From Candidatus Saccharimonadia bacterium (GTDB taxonomy: Bacteria > Patescibacteriota > Saccharimonadia > UBA4664): 64,000 nt of DNA. Below the pieces are notes generated by a model that was not told where the DNA came from, did not search any database, and saw only the letters and a list, made by a program, of their open reading frames with translations. Shown here in pieces: positions 8,842 to 18,193 of the stretch; positions within the stretch are counted from its first letter, which is position 1; the number at the start of each line of letters is the position of its first letter. The DNA is taken from positions 1,804 through 65,803 of the forward strand of contig JBBRSS010000004.1 in assembly GCA_038245115.1 (NCBI GenBank), in the 5' to 3' direction. A program made the position numbers and the translations under genes.

Positions 8842-10884
8842 TTAGGCAGCGGCGGTCAGCGCAGGCGCCGCAAACTGGCTATTGTATAGCGAAGCGTAGA
8901 AACCGTCCCGGTATATAAGCTCCTCGTGAGTGCCCTGCTCCACAATATTGCCATCCTGCATTACCAGTATTAAGTCGGCGTTTCGGATCGTCGACAGCCG
9001 GTGCGCAATCACAAAGCTAGTCCGGCCCTTCATGAGCCGCTCCATGGCAGCCTGAATCATTATCTCCGTACGAGTGTCAACCGAGCTTGTCGCCTCGTCG
9101 AGGATCAACATGGGGGTGTCGGCTAACATGGCACGCGCAATCGTAATCAACTGCTTCTCGCCCTGAGAGATATTGTCTGCTTCCTCGTTGAGCATCATCT
9201 TATATCCGCCGGGCAGAGCGCGAATGAAGTGGTCGGCATGCGCCGCTTCTGCTGCCTCAACCACTTCCTGGTGAGTAGCCTTGGATTTACCGTAAGCAAT
9301 ATTGTCCTCGATTGTGCCATTAAATAACCAAGTGTCTTGCAGAACCATGCCAAATAGGCGTCGCACATCCGAGCGCTTCATCTCGCGGATATCAACACCA
9401 TCCATCCTGATACTGCCTTCGCTAACATCGTAAAATCGCATGAGCAGGTTTACGATTGTCGTCTTGCCGGCTCCCGTCGGGCCAACGATCGCCACCCGCT
9501 GACCCGGTCGAATAGCCGCATTCAAGCCCTTGATGACGGTTTTATCTGGGGTATAGCCAAAGACCACATTATCAAACTCAACGGCGCCCCTGACCTTGTC
9601 GATCGCGACGGGACTAGCTGCCTCCGCGACCTCTTCGTCCTCATCCAAGAATTCAAATACTCGCTCGGCCGCCGCTGCCGTAGACTGCAATACGTTAGCA
9701 ATGTTGGCAGTCTGGGCAATTGGCTGGGTGAACTGGTTCATATATTGAATAAATGCCTGAATATCACCGATGTTGACCTTGCCGTTAATTGCCAGCCATC
9801 CGCCTAACACCGCCACCGCAACATATCCTAAATTGCCCACGAATTGCATTATCGGCATCATTAACCCGGAGAGAAATTGTGACCGCCAAGCACTTCCGTA
9901 CAGCTCGGTATTAATCGAGCGAAATTTCCCAACTGAGCGCTTTTCACCGTTAAATGCCTTCATGACGGTATGGCCCGATAGCATCTCTTCCACGTGGCCG
10001 TTTATCTTGCCGAGAGACACCTGTTGGGCAACAAAATAGCCCTGTGACTTTCCGACGATCAGCTTTATTAGCACCATGCTAACCGGTAGCACCAACAGCG
10101 CGACCACCGTCATTTGCCAGCTAATCGTCAGCATAATAATCAGGATGCCGATTATGGTTGTCACCGAGGTTACGATCTGGCTCAGACTTTGGTTCAGGGT
10201 TTGGCTGACGGTATCGACATCGTTGGTCACCCGGCTCAGGACTTCGCCGTGCGTACGGTTATCAAAATATCGCAGCGGCAAGCGGCTGATTTTCTCGGAA
10301 ATATCGCGGCGTAAGTTAAAAGTTACCTTTTGTGATACGCCGGACATTATCCAGCCTTGAATGTAGCTAAAGAGGGCGCTAATGACGTAGAGTCCCACCA
10401 GCAACTCCACTAGCTTGGCGATGCCGCCAAAATCGATCGTTGGCCGTTTGGACAGGTTTAGGGTGGCAATTTTATTGAGCTCTTTGGCGGGAATTCGCTT
10501 GATATCACTTGCCGGCATCAGTTTAATCAACTGGGCCCCGGTCATACCCGGCGGAATATGCATGCCGGCAGGTAGTTTTCGCATCACTTGGTCGTAAACC
10601 ATCCCGTCTATATAACCGGTAGCAACTTTATTGGTGACGTTGCCCAATATTTTTGGACTGACTACCGCAAAAATTGTACTGGCAATCGCAAATATTAGCA
10701 CCGCCACAATCGATAATCTAAATGGCCGCAGGTATTTCAGCAGGGTTCGCATTGTTCCCTTGAAATTCTTTGGTTTCTCGGCCGGCCCGCCCATCATTGG
10801 ACCTCGTCCCATCCCCATTCCTAATGTTGCGGGAGGAGGGCTTTTGGGAGTTCGCGGTGCCGAGTTGGAGTGATTATTGCTCAT
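8842..10884 (-). CDS. ABC exporter subunit (TMD+NBD), heterodimer partner
   Basis: GPTGAGKTT, ISQGEKQ, LILDEATS, IAHRLST. Confidence 0.95.
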   Translation of the reverse strand: MSNNHSNSAPRTPKSPPPATLGMGMGRGPMMGGPAEKPKNFKGTMRTLLKYLRPFRLSIVAVLIFAIASTIFAVVSPKILGNVTNKVATGYIDGMVYDQVMRKLPAGMHIPPGMTGAQLIKLMPASDIKRIPAKELNKIATLNLSKRPTIDFGGIAKLVELLVGLYVISALFSYIQGWIMSGVSQKVTFNLRRDISEKISRLPLRYFDNRTHGEVLSRVTNDVDTVSQTLNQSLSQIVTSVTTIIGILIIMLTISWQMTVVALLVLPVSMVLIKLIVGKSQGYFVAQQVSLGKINGHVEEMLSGHTVMKAFNGEKRSVGKFRSINTELYGSAWRSQFLSGLMMPIMQFVGNLGYVAVAVLGGWLAINGKVNIGDIQAFIQYMNQFTQPIAQTANIANVLQSTAAAAERVFEFLDEDEEVAEAASPVAIDKVRGAVEFDNVVFGYTPDKTVIKGLNAAIRPGQRVAIVGPTGAGKTTIVNLLMRFYDVSEGSIRMDGVDIREMKRSDVRRLFGMVLQDTWLFNGTIEDNIAYGKSKATHQEVVEAAEAAHADHFIRALPGGYKMMLNEEADNISQGEKQLITIARAMLADTPMLILDEATSSVDTRTEIMIQAAMERLMKGRTSFVIAHRLSTIRNADLILVMQDGNIVEQGTHEELIYRDGFYASLYNSQFAAPALTAAA

Positions 10885-12680
10885 ACGACCCCTCCGCCCG
10901 CCAGTGCGCCGCCAATATTGTCATCGTAAGACACGTCCCCCAGGGCCTTGGCTAGCTCGCCTTCAGATAATTGGGACGAGGCTATTTCGCGGTAAACCGC
11001 ACAGGTCTTAAGCAACTGGGTATGCGTTCCTTGGCCGACAATGTTACCACCATCAAGCACAATAATCTTCTCGGCCTGAATGATTGTGCTAATTCGTTGC
11101 GCCACAATTATCACGGTTTTGCCGGCCGTTTCATGCCCGAGGGCCTGCCGCAAGTTGGCATCCGTTTTAAAGTCCAACGACGAGAAGCTGTCGTCGAAGA
11201 TATATATCTCGGGCTTCTTGGCTAGTGCTCGGGCGATAGCCAATCGCTGTTTTTGACCACCCGAAACATTAGCGCCCCCCTGGGAAATCGGGCTCTGGAA
11301 CCCTTGCTCCAACTCACCAATAAATTCTGACGCTTGCGCAGTCCGAGCGGCATGCTCGACCTCAGCTTGGGTTGCCTTAGGATCGCCGTACCTAATGTTG
11401 TCCTCCACTTTACCCGAAAACAGCACGGCTTTTTGCGAAACATAGCCAATTCTGGCGCGCAGGTCCTCTTGCAGCATGTCCCGAATATTAACCTTGTCGA
11501 CCAGAATGGACCCCCCAGTAGCATCATAAAAGCGGGGGATTAGATTGATGAGGGTGGATTTGCCACTGCCGGTGCTCCCAACTAAGGCTGTTGTCTGTCC
11601 TGGTATGGCAGTAAAACTAATATGATGAAGCACAGGCTCTTCTGCCCCCGCATAACCAAAACTTACGTCCCGAAACTCGACCAGACCCTTGCCGATAGGC
11701 GTTCGTACCGGACGCTTTGGATCTTTGATGGTCGCTTCGGTATCTAGCACCTCGGCGACTCGATGGGCCGAAACCGATGCCCGCGGCACCATAATGAAGA
11801 TAATCGAAATCATCAGGAAAGCAAAAATAGCCTGCATGGCGTACTGCATAAATGCCAGCATGTCGCCGATCTGCAGGCTGCCCGTGTCTATCTGCCGCGC
11901 CCCCACCCATACAACTGCCACCGATGTTAGGTTCAAGATAAGCATCATGGCGGGCTGCATTATTACCATTAGCCGGTTCACAAAGAGGTTAACGTCGGTG
12001 AGTTCTTGGTTGGTTTTTTTAAATTTATGTTCCTCATAAGCTTCTTTGTCGAACGCCCGTACTACCCGAAGCCCAGTCAGAATCTCGCGTGTTACCAGGT
12101 TGAGCCGGTCGACCAGCTGCTGTAGCTGAGTAAATTTTGGAATTGCCGTGATAAACAATACTGTGATGATACTTATGAGGGTGAGAATCGCGATTGCCAT
12201 AATCCAGGCCATCGAAGGTGCCAGCTGGTAGGCCTTAATTATCGCGCCGATGCCCATGAACGGCGCCATCAATGCCAACCTCAACAGCATACCTAGCACC
12301 GTCTGGATCTGTTGAATATCGTTGGTGCAGCGGGTAATTAGTGAGGCGGTCGAAAAGGTGTTGAACTCGATTAGCGAAAAGCTCTCAACCTTCGTAAACA
12401 CTCTATCGCGTAGCTGCATGGCGAAGCCGGTCGCCACGCGTGAGGCCAAATACCCGACGCCAACCATACAGGCACCACCGAACAGGGCAATCAGCAGCAT
12501 TAGTAGGCCATTGCGTAAAATTAGGCTGCCGTCTTGGCCGACTATTCCCTGATTAACAATCTTGGCCATGTAGTCGGGCAGCGCCAATGTCGCGGTCGTT
12601 TGCCCATACGTTAAGATCAACATTAGGATCAGCAGCCATTTATACGGAGCGAAGTATTTGAGTAGTTTCAGGGTCTGCAT
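10881..12680 (-). CDS. ABC exporter subunit (TMD+NBD, degenerate site)
   Basis: GSTGSGKST, VSGGQKQR, degenerate IFDDS and VAQR, typical of heterodimeric exporters. Confidence 0.95.
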   Translation of the reverse strand: MQTLKLLKYFAPYKWLLILMLILTYGQTTATLALPDYMAKIVNQGIVGQDGSLILRNGLLMLLIALFGGACMVGVGYLASRVATGFAMQLRDRVFTKVESFSLIEFNTFSTASLITRCTNDIQQIQTVLGMLLRLALMAPFMGIGAIIKAYQLAPSMAWIMAIAILTLISIITVLFITAIPKFTQLQQLVDRLNLVTREILTGLRVVRAFDKEAYEEHKFKKTNQELTDVNLFVNRLMVIMQPAMMLILNLTSVAVVWVGARQIDTGSLQIGDMLAFMQYAMQAIFAFLMISIIFIMVPRASVSAHRVAEVLDTEATIKDPKRPVRTPIGKGLVEFRDVSFGYAGAEEPVLHHISFTAIPGQTTALVGSTGSGKSTLINLIPRFYDATGGSILVDKVNIRDMLQEDLRARIGYVSQKAVLFSGKVEDNIRYGDPKATQAEVEHAARTAQASEFIGELEQGFQSPISQGGANVSGGQKQRLAIARALAKKPEIYIFDDSFSSLDFKTDANLRQALGHETAGKTVIIVAQRISTIIQAEKIIVLDGGNIVGQGTHTQLLKTCAVYREIASSQLSEGELAKALGDVSYDDNIGGALAGGGVV

Positions 12681-12683
12681 ATA

Positions 12684-13106
12684 TTACTTAGAATCCTGCA
12701 GTAGTCCTAGGATACGGTCAAGTTCCTGCATATCGCTACGGTTTAATTTATCCAACATTCCCCCGGCGTGCCTCATTTTTTCCTTGAGTAACTGCACTAG
12801 CTTCTTCCCGGCTTCGGCCGACAATGCCAGGTAAATACTGCGACGGTCGTTCTCGTCCGGCGTTCGTATGAGCCAGCCGGATTCAACCAACCGATCGGCC
12901 AGCAGGGTAGCCGAGCCGGGAGAAATGAGCAACTCATCCGCCAGCTCGCGCATCCGTATCGGCTGTTCGTTCTTGATGAAGAACAGTGCCTGCATTTGGT
13001 GCATGGTGAGGTTCTCCACGCCGGTGTCTCCGGCGCTTTGTTGTCTCATCCGGCGGTTGATCTGGTACCAGTGGGTCAATATTGAACGCTTGAGATCTTC
13101 TTGCAT
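12684..13106 (-). CDS. MarR family transcriptional regulator
   Basis: LT..QM..L, ELADEL, DRLVESGWLIR..DENDRRS; start taken at ATG 13106. Confidence 0.9.
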   Translation of the reverse strand: MQEDLKRSILTHWYQINRRMRQQSAGDTGVENLTMHQMQALFFIKNEQPIRMRELADELLISPGSATLLADRLVESGWLIRTPDENDRRSIYLALSAEAGKKLVQLLKEKMRHAGGMLDKLNRSDMQELDRILGLLQDSK

Positions 13107-13125
13107 TTGAAACCAATATATTACG

Positions 13126-13138
13126 TTAGCGATACTAA
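13126..13138. promoter_or_regulatory. Candidate MarR operator (TTAG-N5-CTAA inverted repeat)
   Basis: TTAGCGATACTAA about 20 bp upstream of the marR start. Confidence 0.35.
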
Positions 13139-13248
13139 TAGTTCGTATATAAAAGTAATATACGCAACTAACCCTCGAATCGTCAATCAATCATTCTTAA
13201 GCCAAACTTTATTCGGTTGACTACTTCAAAATGGGACTATAATGATAA

Positions 13249-13707
13249 ATGGTTATGAATAAACTCAACCCCAAGTCAGATAAGCCTCATCTGCCCGTCG
13301 CCGCTATAGTCGCCTGGGTTACCGCCCTGCTCGCCTCGGCCGCCAGCGTTTACTTTATCGAAATCTTGCACAACCCAGTTGCTACATTGTGTTGGGTTGA
13401 CCGAATGTTGGTCTTTTCGCTCCTGCTCGTGCTCACCGTTGGCATTATCGACCGAGACCGGCGCGTCGTGCGTTTTTGTTTCCCGTTTTTGGCCCTGGGT
13501 CTACCGCTGTCTTTCTATCAGCAGCTCGTGCATTGGGACCTCATCCACATCAATCCTCAGGTTTGCAGCATCAGCTATGTTTGTACAACCAAATATTTCA
13601 ATCTCTTCGGCATTATTACTCAAGCCACCCTCTGTTTTGCCGCTTTCGTCATTATTGCCGTGTCGATGTATATGCTGCGGGATCGTCACTTGCCAGCCAA
13701 GCCCTAG
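13249..13707 (+). CDS. DsbB/BdbC family disulfide oxidoreductase, atypical (AxxC)
   Basis: Four TM helices; PVATLCWVDR aligns to BdbC-type PCxLCWYQR; second pair C-x5-C followed by YFNLFG. Confidence 0.8.
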   Translation: MVMNKLNPKSDKPHLPVAAIVAWVTALLASAASVYFIEILHNPVATLCWVDRMLVFSLLLVLTVGIIDRDRRVVRFCFPFLALGLPLSFYQQLVHWDLIHINPQVCSISYVCTTKYFNLFGIITQATLCFAAFVIIAVSMYMLRDRHLPAKP

Positions 13708-13711
13708 CTGG

Positions 13712-14449
13712 TTACGGCCGCTCAAACCTGCGAAAACCTTCGGTTAATACTACTCGGCCCTGCTTGTCGATCGACATTGCCTCGTAACCTTGTCTATGTA
13801 AAAACGGTAATGCTTGATCGCCCATGCAAAATGCCGCCGTCGCCAGAGCATCAACTTGGTCAATTGTTGGGCCGATTACGGTTAGACTCACCGGGTCCTC
13901 AACCATCTGCCCGGTTCGAGGATTGTATATATGGTTGCCGCGTTCGTAATTGCCCGAGGTAGCAACGGCCATATTTTTAAGGTAAAGCTTTTTTGCCAAC
14001 TTAGTGGGGTCAAAAGGATGGGCGATCCCGATAACCCATGGGCCTCCGGATGGTCCGTCGCCGCTAATCTGCATATCGCCCCCGGCATTAATGCAGTACC
14101 GGGTGATGTCGCGGCTGTTGAGGAGTCGTGCTGCGCGGTAAATAGCCCACCCCTTAACGTATCCGGACGGGTCGATATGCCCATCTCGTGCCACGTCAAA
14201 GTACCCTTCGGTCAATTTTTTCAAACGGGCGCATTCCTCCAGCACCGCCCGCAAATCATCACTCGATTTCGGCAACTCTAATTCGCCGCGGTTAAGCCGA
14301 CTAACCTCGCTTGTGGGCTTATAGGTACTAAACGCCTCGTCAACCTCGTGGAAATATTCAAATACATCGTCGATGGCGGCGTCCGCCGCATTGCCGTCAA
14401 GCACCTCTAGGGTGATAGGCATACCCATTATATTTTGTGAAACTTTCAT
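13712..14449 (-). CDS. apbE: Second FAD:protein FMN transferase
   Basis: IMG, FSTY..SEVSRLN, DPSGYVKGWA, NAGGD, VATSG.YERG.HIYNP, DALATA. Confidence 0.92.
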   Translation of the reverse strand: MKVSQNIMGMPITLEVLDGNAADAAIDDVFEYFHEVDEAFSTYKPTSEVSRLNRGELELPKSSDDLRAVLEECARLKKLTEGYFDVARDGHIDPSGYVKGWAIYRAARLLNSRDITRYCINAGGDMQISGDGPSGGPWVIGIAHPFDPTKLAKKLYLKNMAVATSGNYERGNHIYNPRTGQMVEDPVSLTVIGPTIDQVDALATAAFCMGDQALPFLHRQGYEAMSIDKQGRVVLTEGFRRFERP

Positions 14450-14473
14450 GACTTTCTATTGTACAATAACCAT

Positions 14474-16060
14474 ATGCACGATACGCCGCTAGAGAACGCG
14501 CAAAAGCTCATTTCGGAAGGAAAATCGACGGCCGAAATAAGGGCTGCTCTCAATGGCGAAAGCTTTGTGCCTTCGCCAGCTGTTGCGCCGCAGGCAAGCC
14601 TCACCCCCGCCGCCTCGAATGCAGCCTCTTCGCCCAAACCCAACGCCTCGGCTTCGCCTCAGCCGCCCGCTTCGGCCCCTCCTGCTCCCGCACCGAAGCC
14701 GATGGTCTACCCGCCGCTGCTGGATACGCCGCTACGGACGGGCGTTCAGGCCCCCAAGCTAGGCTGGCCGCTGATAGTGCTGGCCTGTTTAATACCGGCG
14801 CTCGCAATATCAGTCGATACGCCCTTTGCTGAGCGATTTGGTAGTTTATCGAATGCCCTTATTGCTTTCGGCGACATTACAGGTGTCATTGGCCTGGCGG
14901 CGTACGTTCTCAATTTGGTGCTGGCAACCCGCTTTCATTGGCTGGAAGATTTGTTTGGCGGCCTCAACCGCGCCCTGATAGCCCATCAAGTTTTGGGCGG
15001 CATAGCACTTATTATGCTGCTATTTCACCCCATCCTCACGGCAGCCTCTTACTATTCCTACGGTGTCCAGGCAGTTGCCCATTTTTTTGTGCCTTCGGTC
15101 GCCTATATTGGCACGGCTTTCGGTATTGTTGCTCTCGCGATGATCATCATCTTGTTGGTCCTGAGTTTCTATATCAAAATTGGCTACCGACTATGGCTGC
15201 AAACCCATAAATACCTTGGTCTGGCCTATCTCCTCATAATGCTGCATGTCCTATTGACGCCGAATCGCATCACGGCTGACCCGTTTGTTAAATGGTACCT
15301 GTACCTTCTTCTGGTTGTGGGGGCATTTGCCTTTATTTATCGCACGTTACTGCCAAATATATTCGTCCGCCGGTATCTGTATACCATTGCCGCTGCGCAG
15401 CCCAAAGGCATCGGCGTAGTCGAGGTTACGTTGGCGCCAGTGAACAAATCCGTCCACGTTCGAGCTGGGCAATTTATTTTTGTGACATTCAGTAGCGATG
15501 GGCTATCGTCCGAATCGCACCCTTTTAGCATCTCATCGGGCGAGAACTCCAACCAGCTGATGATCGACGTCAAGTCGCTCGGGTCGTATACGGAAACTCT
15601 CACCCGGCTTCTACCGCATATGGTTGGCATGACGGCTCAGGTTGAGGGAGCATATGGCCGATTTTCGTACCGCAACATTGGGAATTTAAACCAAGTTTGG
15701 ATTGGCGGGGGAATAGGTATAACGCCGTTTCTGAGTATGGCGCAAACTCTCGGATCCGGGCCGTATAATATCGACCTGTATTACTCGGTAAAGACGGCAA
15801 GTGAGCTAATTGACCTCGACACCCTGGCGATCCATCAATCCAACCTACCGGGCCAGGTGTTTCGGACTTTTCCGTTTATCACTGAAACTTACAAGTCGTA
15901 CTTGAGTGCCGGCATCATCAAGAAGAATAGCGGCAATCTCGATAAACGGGACTTCCTCTTGTGCGGCCCGCCCGGCATGATGCAGGAAATCAAGAAGCAG
16001 CTCATAAAGCTTGGGGTCAAAGAAACTCGGATTCACAGCGAAGAATTCTCGCTCGAATAA
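14474..16060 (+). CDS. Ferric-reductase-like transmembrane protein with FAD/NAD-binding domain (NOX/FRE-like)
   Basis: His pairs HQVLG..FHP and THKY..LHV; HPFSIS, EGAYG, GGGIGITPF, CGPPGM, HSEEF; Pro-rich N-terminus; start taken at ATG 14474. Confidence 0.9.
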   Translation: MHDTPLENAQKLISEGKSTAEIRAALNGESFVPSPAVAPQASLTPAASNAASSPKPNASASPQPPASAPPAPAPKPMVYPPLLDTPLRTGVQAPKLGWPLIVLACLIPALAISVDTPFAERFGSLSNALIAFGDITGVIGLAAYVLNLVLATRFHWLEDLFGGLNRALIAHQVLGGIALIMLLFHPILTAASYYSYGVQAVAHFFVPSVAYIGTAFGIVALAMIIILLVLSFYIKIGYRLWLQTHKYLGLAYLLIMLHVLLTPNRITADPFVKWYLYLLLVVGAFAFIYRTLLPNIFVRRYLYTIAAAQPKGIGVVEVTLAPVNKSVHVRAGQFIFVTFSSDGLSSESHPFSISSGENSNQLMIDVKSLGSYTETLTRLLPHMVGMTAQVEGAYGRFSYRNIGNLNQVWIGGGIGITPFLSMAQTLGSGPYNIDLYYSVKTASELIDLDTLAIHQSNLPGQVFRTFPFITETYKSYLSAGIIKKNSGNLDKRDFLLCGPPGMMQEIKKQLIKLGVKETRIHSEEFSLE

Positions 16061-16078
16061 GCAACCCGGTTTGGATTT

Positions 16079-17155
16079 CTAGCTTAGTAGATCGGCAACA
16101 AAAATTCCGATGAGGCTGACAAAGAACAGTATCAGTGAGACTCCCACCAGGGCTTTGATCGGCCTCGCGTGCCCGGAGCCAACCAACTTCAGCAGCCTTC
16201 GTCGCAAGACGTATACGGCTGCGGCGAACAGGGCGAAAACACTGCCGAATCCGATTAATATTCCCATTGGCAGAGGTTGTTTTGATGCCGCCGCCGTAAG
16301 CGAAAACTTTTCGCCCCCGGCCGTTCCTTGGACCGTCAGCTGAAACTGGCTCTTGTCGCCTTTGTATGTCACCTGCGCCAACTCTTGGCCCGCCGCAATA
16401 CCGCTAAAGAGCGCATCCCCCTTATCGTCTGTCGGCATAGTTTGGCCGCCCAGAGTCACCGTCGCGGCTACCGCTGGGCTGCCGTTTTTATCTGTGACAT
16501 GAATTAAGACCGTTCCAGGCAAAACCTCGGCCGCGGGCTGAGTCGGGTCGGTTGTTATAGGTTCGCTACTCACTACGGCTGGTGAGGGATTTGCATCTGG
16601 GGTTGCGCCGGGCGATGAGCCGGGTGATGCGTTTGTCGCCGGTGCCGGGGTGGTCGAGGGTGAGCCTGGCTTGGGAGTTGGCACGGGTGTGTGACCTGGG
16701 GCCACCGTTGGTGTCGGCGTGTGGGTTGGTAGGGGAGTTGGAGTGGGTGTGTGACCGGGGGCGGGAGTCGGCGCCGGCGTCGGTACAGGCGTCGGTTTGG
16801 GGGTCGGCACTGGCGTTGGTTTGGGCGTCGGCACCGGTGTTGGCACCGGCGTCGGTACTGGCGTCGGCTTTGGTGTCGGCACCGGCGTCGGCGTTGCGCA
16901 GGGCGTCGCGGTCGAACACGCATTAACACCAGTTGCCTTAAAGCCCCCGAGGACCTCATTTATTAATATTGTCACTCCCGACTTCGGGCCGTTCGATGCC
17001 ATACGGTCAGTATTGCCTGGTGTGCCGCTATATTTCTGAGCCGTCTGATTGATGTTGTATTGGCTTATCAATTCGTAGAGTATTGGCACAGCAAACACCC
17101 CCACCAAAATATAGGATCTGGTTAGGCGGCGCTTTAGGAGTTTTTGTCGCTTCAT
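16079..17155 (-). CDS. Pro/Thr-rich surface protein with beta-sandwich (carboxypeptidase-regulatory-like) domain and C-terminal TM helices
   Basis: N-terminal [10 protein letters not shown] repeats, [18 protein letters not shown] motif, two C-terminal hydrophobic segments. Confidence 0.75.
   Translation of the reverse strand: MKRQKLLKRRLTRSYILVGVFAVPILYELISQYNINQTAQKYSGTPGNTDRMASNGPKSGVTILINEVLGGFKATGVNACSTATPCATPTPVPTPKPTPVPTPVPTPVPTPKPTPVPTPKPTPVPTPAPTPAPGHTPTPTPLPTHTPTPTVAPGHTPVPTPKPGSPSTTPAPATNASPGSSPGATPDANPSPAVVSSEPITTDPTQPAAEVLPGTVLIHVTDKNGSPAVAATVTLGGQTMPTDDKGDALFSGIAAGQELAQVTYKGDKSQFQLTVQGTAGGEKFSLTAAASKQPLPMGILIGFGSVFALFAAAVYVLRRRLLKLVGSGHARPIKALVGVSLILFFVSLIGIFVADLLS
16670..16895 (-). 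repeat. Imperfect 12-bp coding tandem repeat ([11 protein letters not shown])
   Basis: Repeated ggcgtcggcacc/ggtgtcggc units encoding the PT linker. Confidence 0.85.
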
Positions 17156-17313
17156 TATGATAATACTATCACGCCTATGCTTTCCTCGATATACGCGCTG
17201 ACAAGCAACAATGAGGCTCCCGCGCCGAATAACCAGCAACGGCAGTCGGCAACTGTTTCAGCAATGATTCCAGATACGCTATACTAGTCGCGTACTTCAT
17301 CTCGGAGGCGCCC

Positions 17314-18180
17314 GTGCCCAGCGTTGTTTTGCTCTACTACAAATATGTGAATCTTCCCGACCCCGAGGCCGAGATGTTGGCGCAACGCCAACTGTGCGAA
17401 CGTTTGGGGCTCAAGGGTCGGATATTGTTAGCCAAAGAGGGGATTAACGGCACCATTGCCGGTTCGGCCGAGGCCGCGGATGCCTACGTTGCTGCTATGA
17501 ATGATCATCTATATTTCAACGACATCAGCTACAAGCGCGCCGAAAGTGAGCACCTGCCATTTCCGCGCTTGCGCATCAAGGTTCGGCCCGAAATCGTCAC
17601 TTTGGGCGTCGACATTGATCCCCGCGGAACTGCCCCCAGACTCACTCCGACCGAGTTTCATGAACTAGTAAAGGACCCATCGGTGGTTCTCTTTGATGCT
17701 CGCAACAATTATGAATCGGCCATCGGCCGGTTCCGCGGCGCCATCACCCCGGACATCAAATTGTTCAAGGATCTTCCGGCCGCCCTCAACGATTATGCTG
17801 ATCTCAAAGATAAAACAGTCGTGACCTACTGTACGGGCGGCATCCGTTGCGAAAAAGCCTCGGCTCTCCTGCGCCAGCGCGGCTTCAAGAACGTTTATCA
17901 GCTCGAGGGTGGGATCATCAAGTATGCCCAGGCCTACCCGGACGGAGCCTTTGCGGGTGAATGCTTTGTGTTCGACGACCGCATGAGTATGGCTTTCACT
18001 GATCAGCCCGAGCTGCTCGGCGCCTGCCGGTTGTGTGACGCTCCCACCAACACTTATCGCAACTGCGCCAACCCCCAATGTAACGACCTTATTCTGGTGT
18101 GCGGAAACTGCGCCGAGTCATCTAAGACACTTTGCCCAGATTGCCGGCTCATTGAAAACCCACTATACTTAGTAAAGTAA
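17314..18180 (+). CDS. trhO: Rhodanese-domain tRNA uridine(34) hydroxylase (YceA/TrhO family)
   Basis: LYYKY, GRILLAKEGINGT, DARNNYE..IGRF, YCTGGIRCEK, LEGGIIKY, CFVFDDR. Confidence 0.9.
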   Translation: MPSVVLLYYKYVNLPDPEAEMLAQRQLCERLGLKGRILLAKEGINGTIAGSAEAADAYVAAMNDHLYFNDISYKRAESEHLPFPRLRIKVRPEIVTLGVDIDPRGTAPRLTPTEFHELVKDPSVVLFDARNNYESAIGRFRGAITPDIKLFKDLPAALNDYADLKDKTVVTYCTGGIRCEKASALLRQRGFKNVYQLEGGIIKYAQAYPDGAFAGECFVFDDRMSMAFTDQPELLGACRLCDAPTNTYRNCANPQCNDLILVCGNCAESSKTLCPDCRLIENPLYLVK

Positions 18181-18193
18181 TTGGAGAGTATAG

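Noticed and set aside
10881-12680. Degenerate Walker B/H-loop as sign of pseudogenisation
   Set aside because: Normal for one subunit of heterodimeric ABC exporters.
16670-16895. Tandem repeats as a possible CRISPR array
   Set aside because: Imperfect 12-bp coding repeats with no unique spacers and no cas genes.
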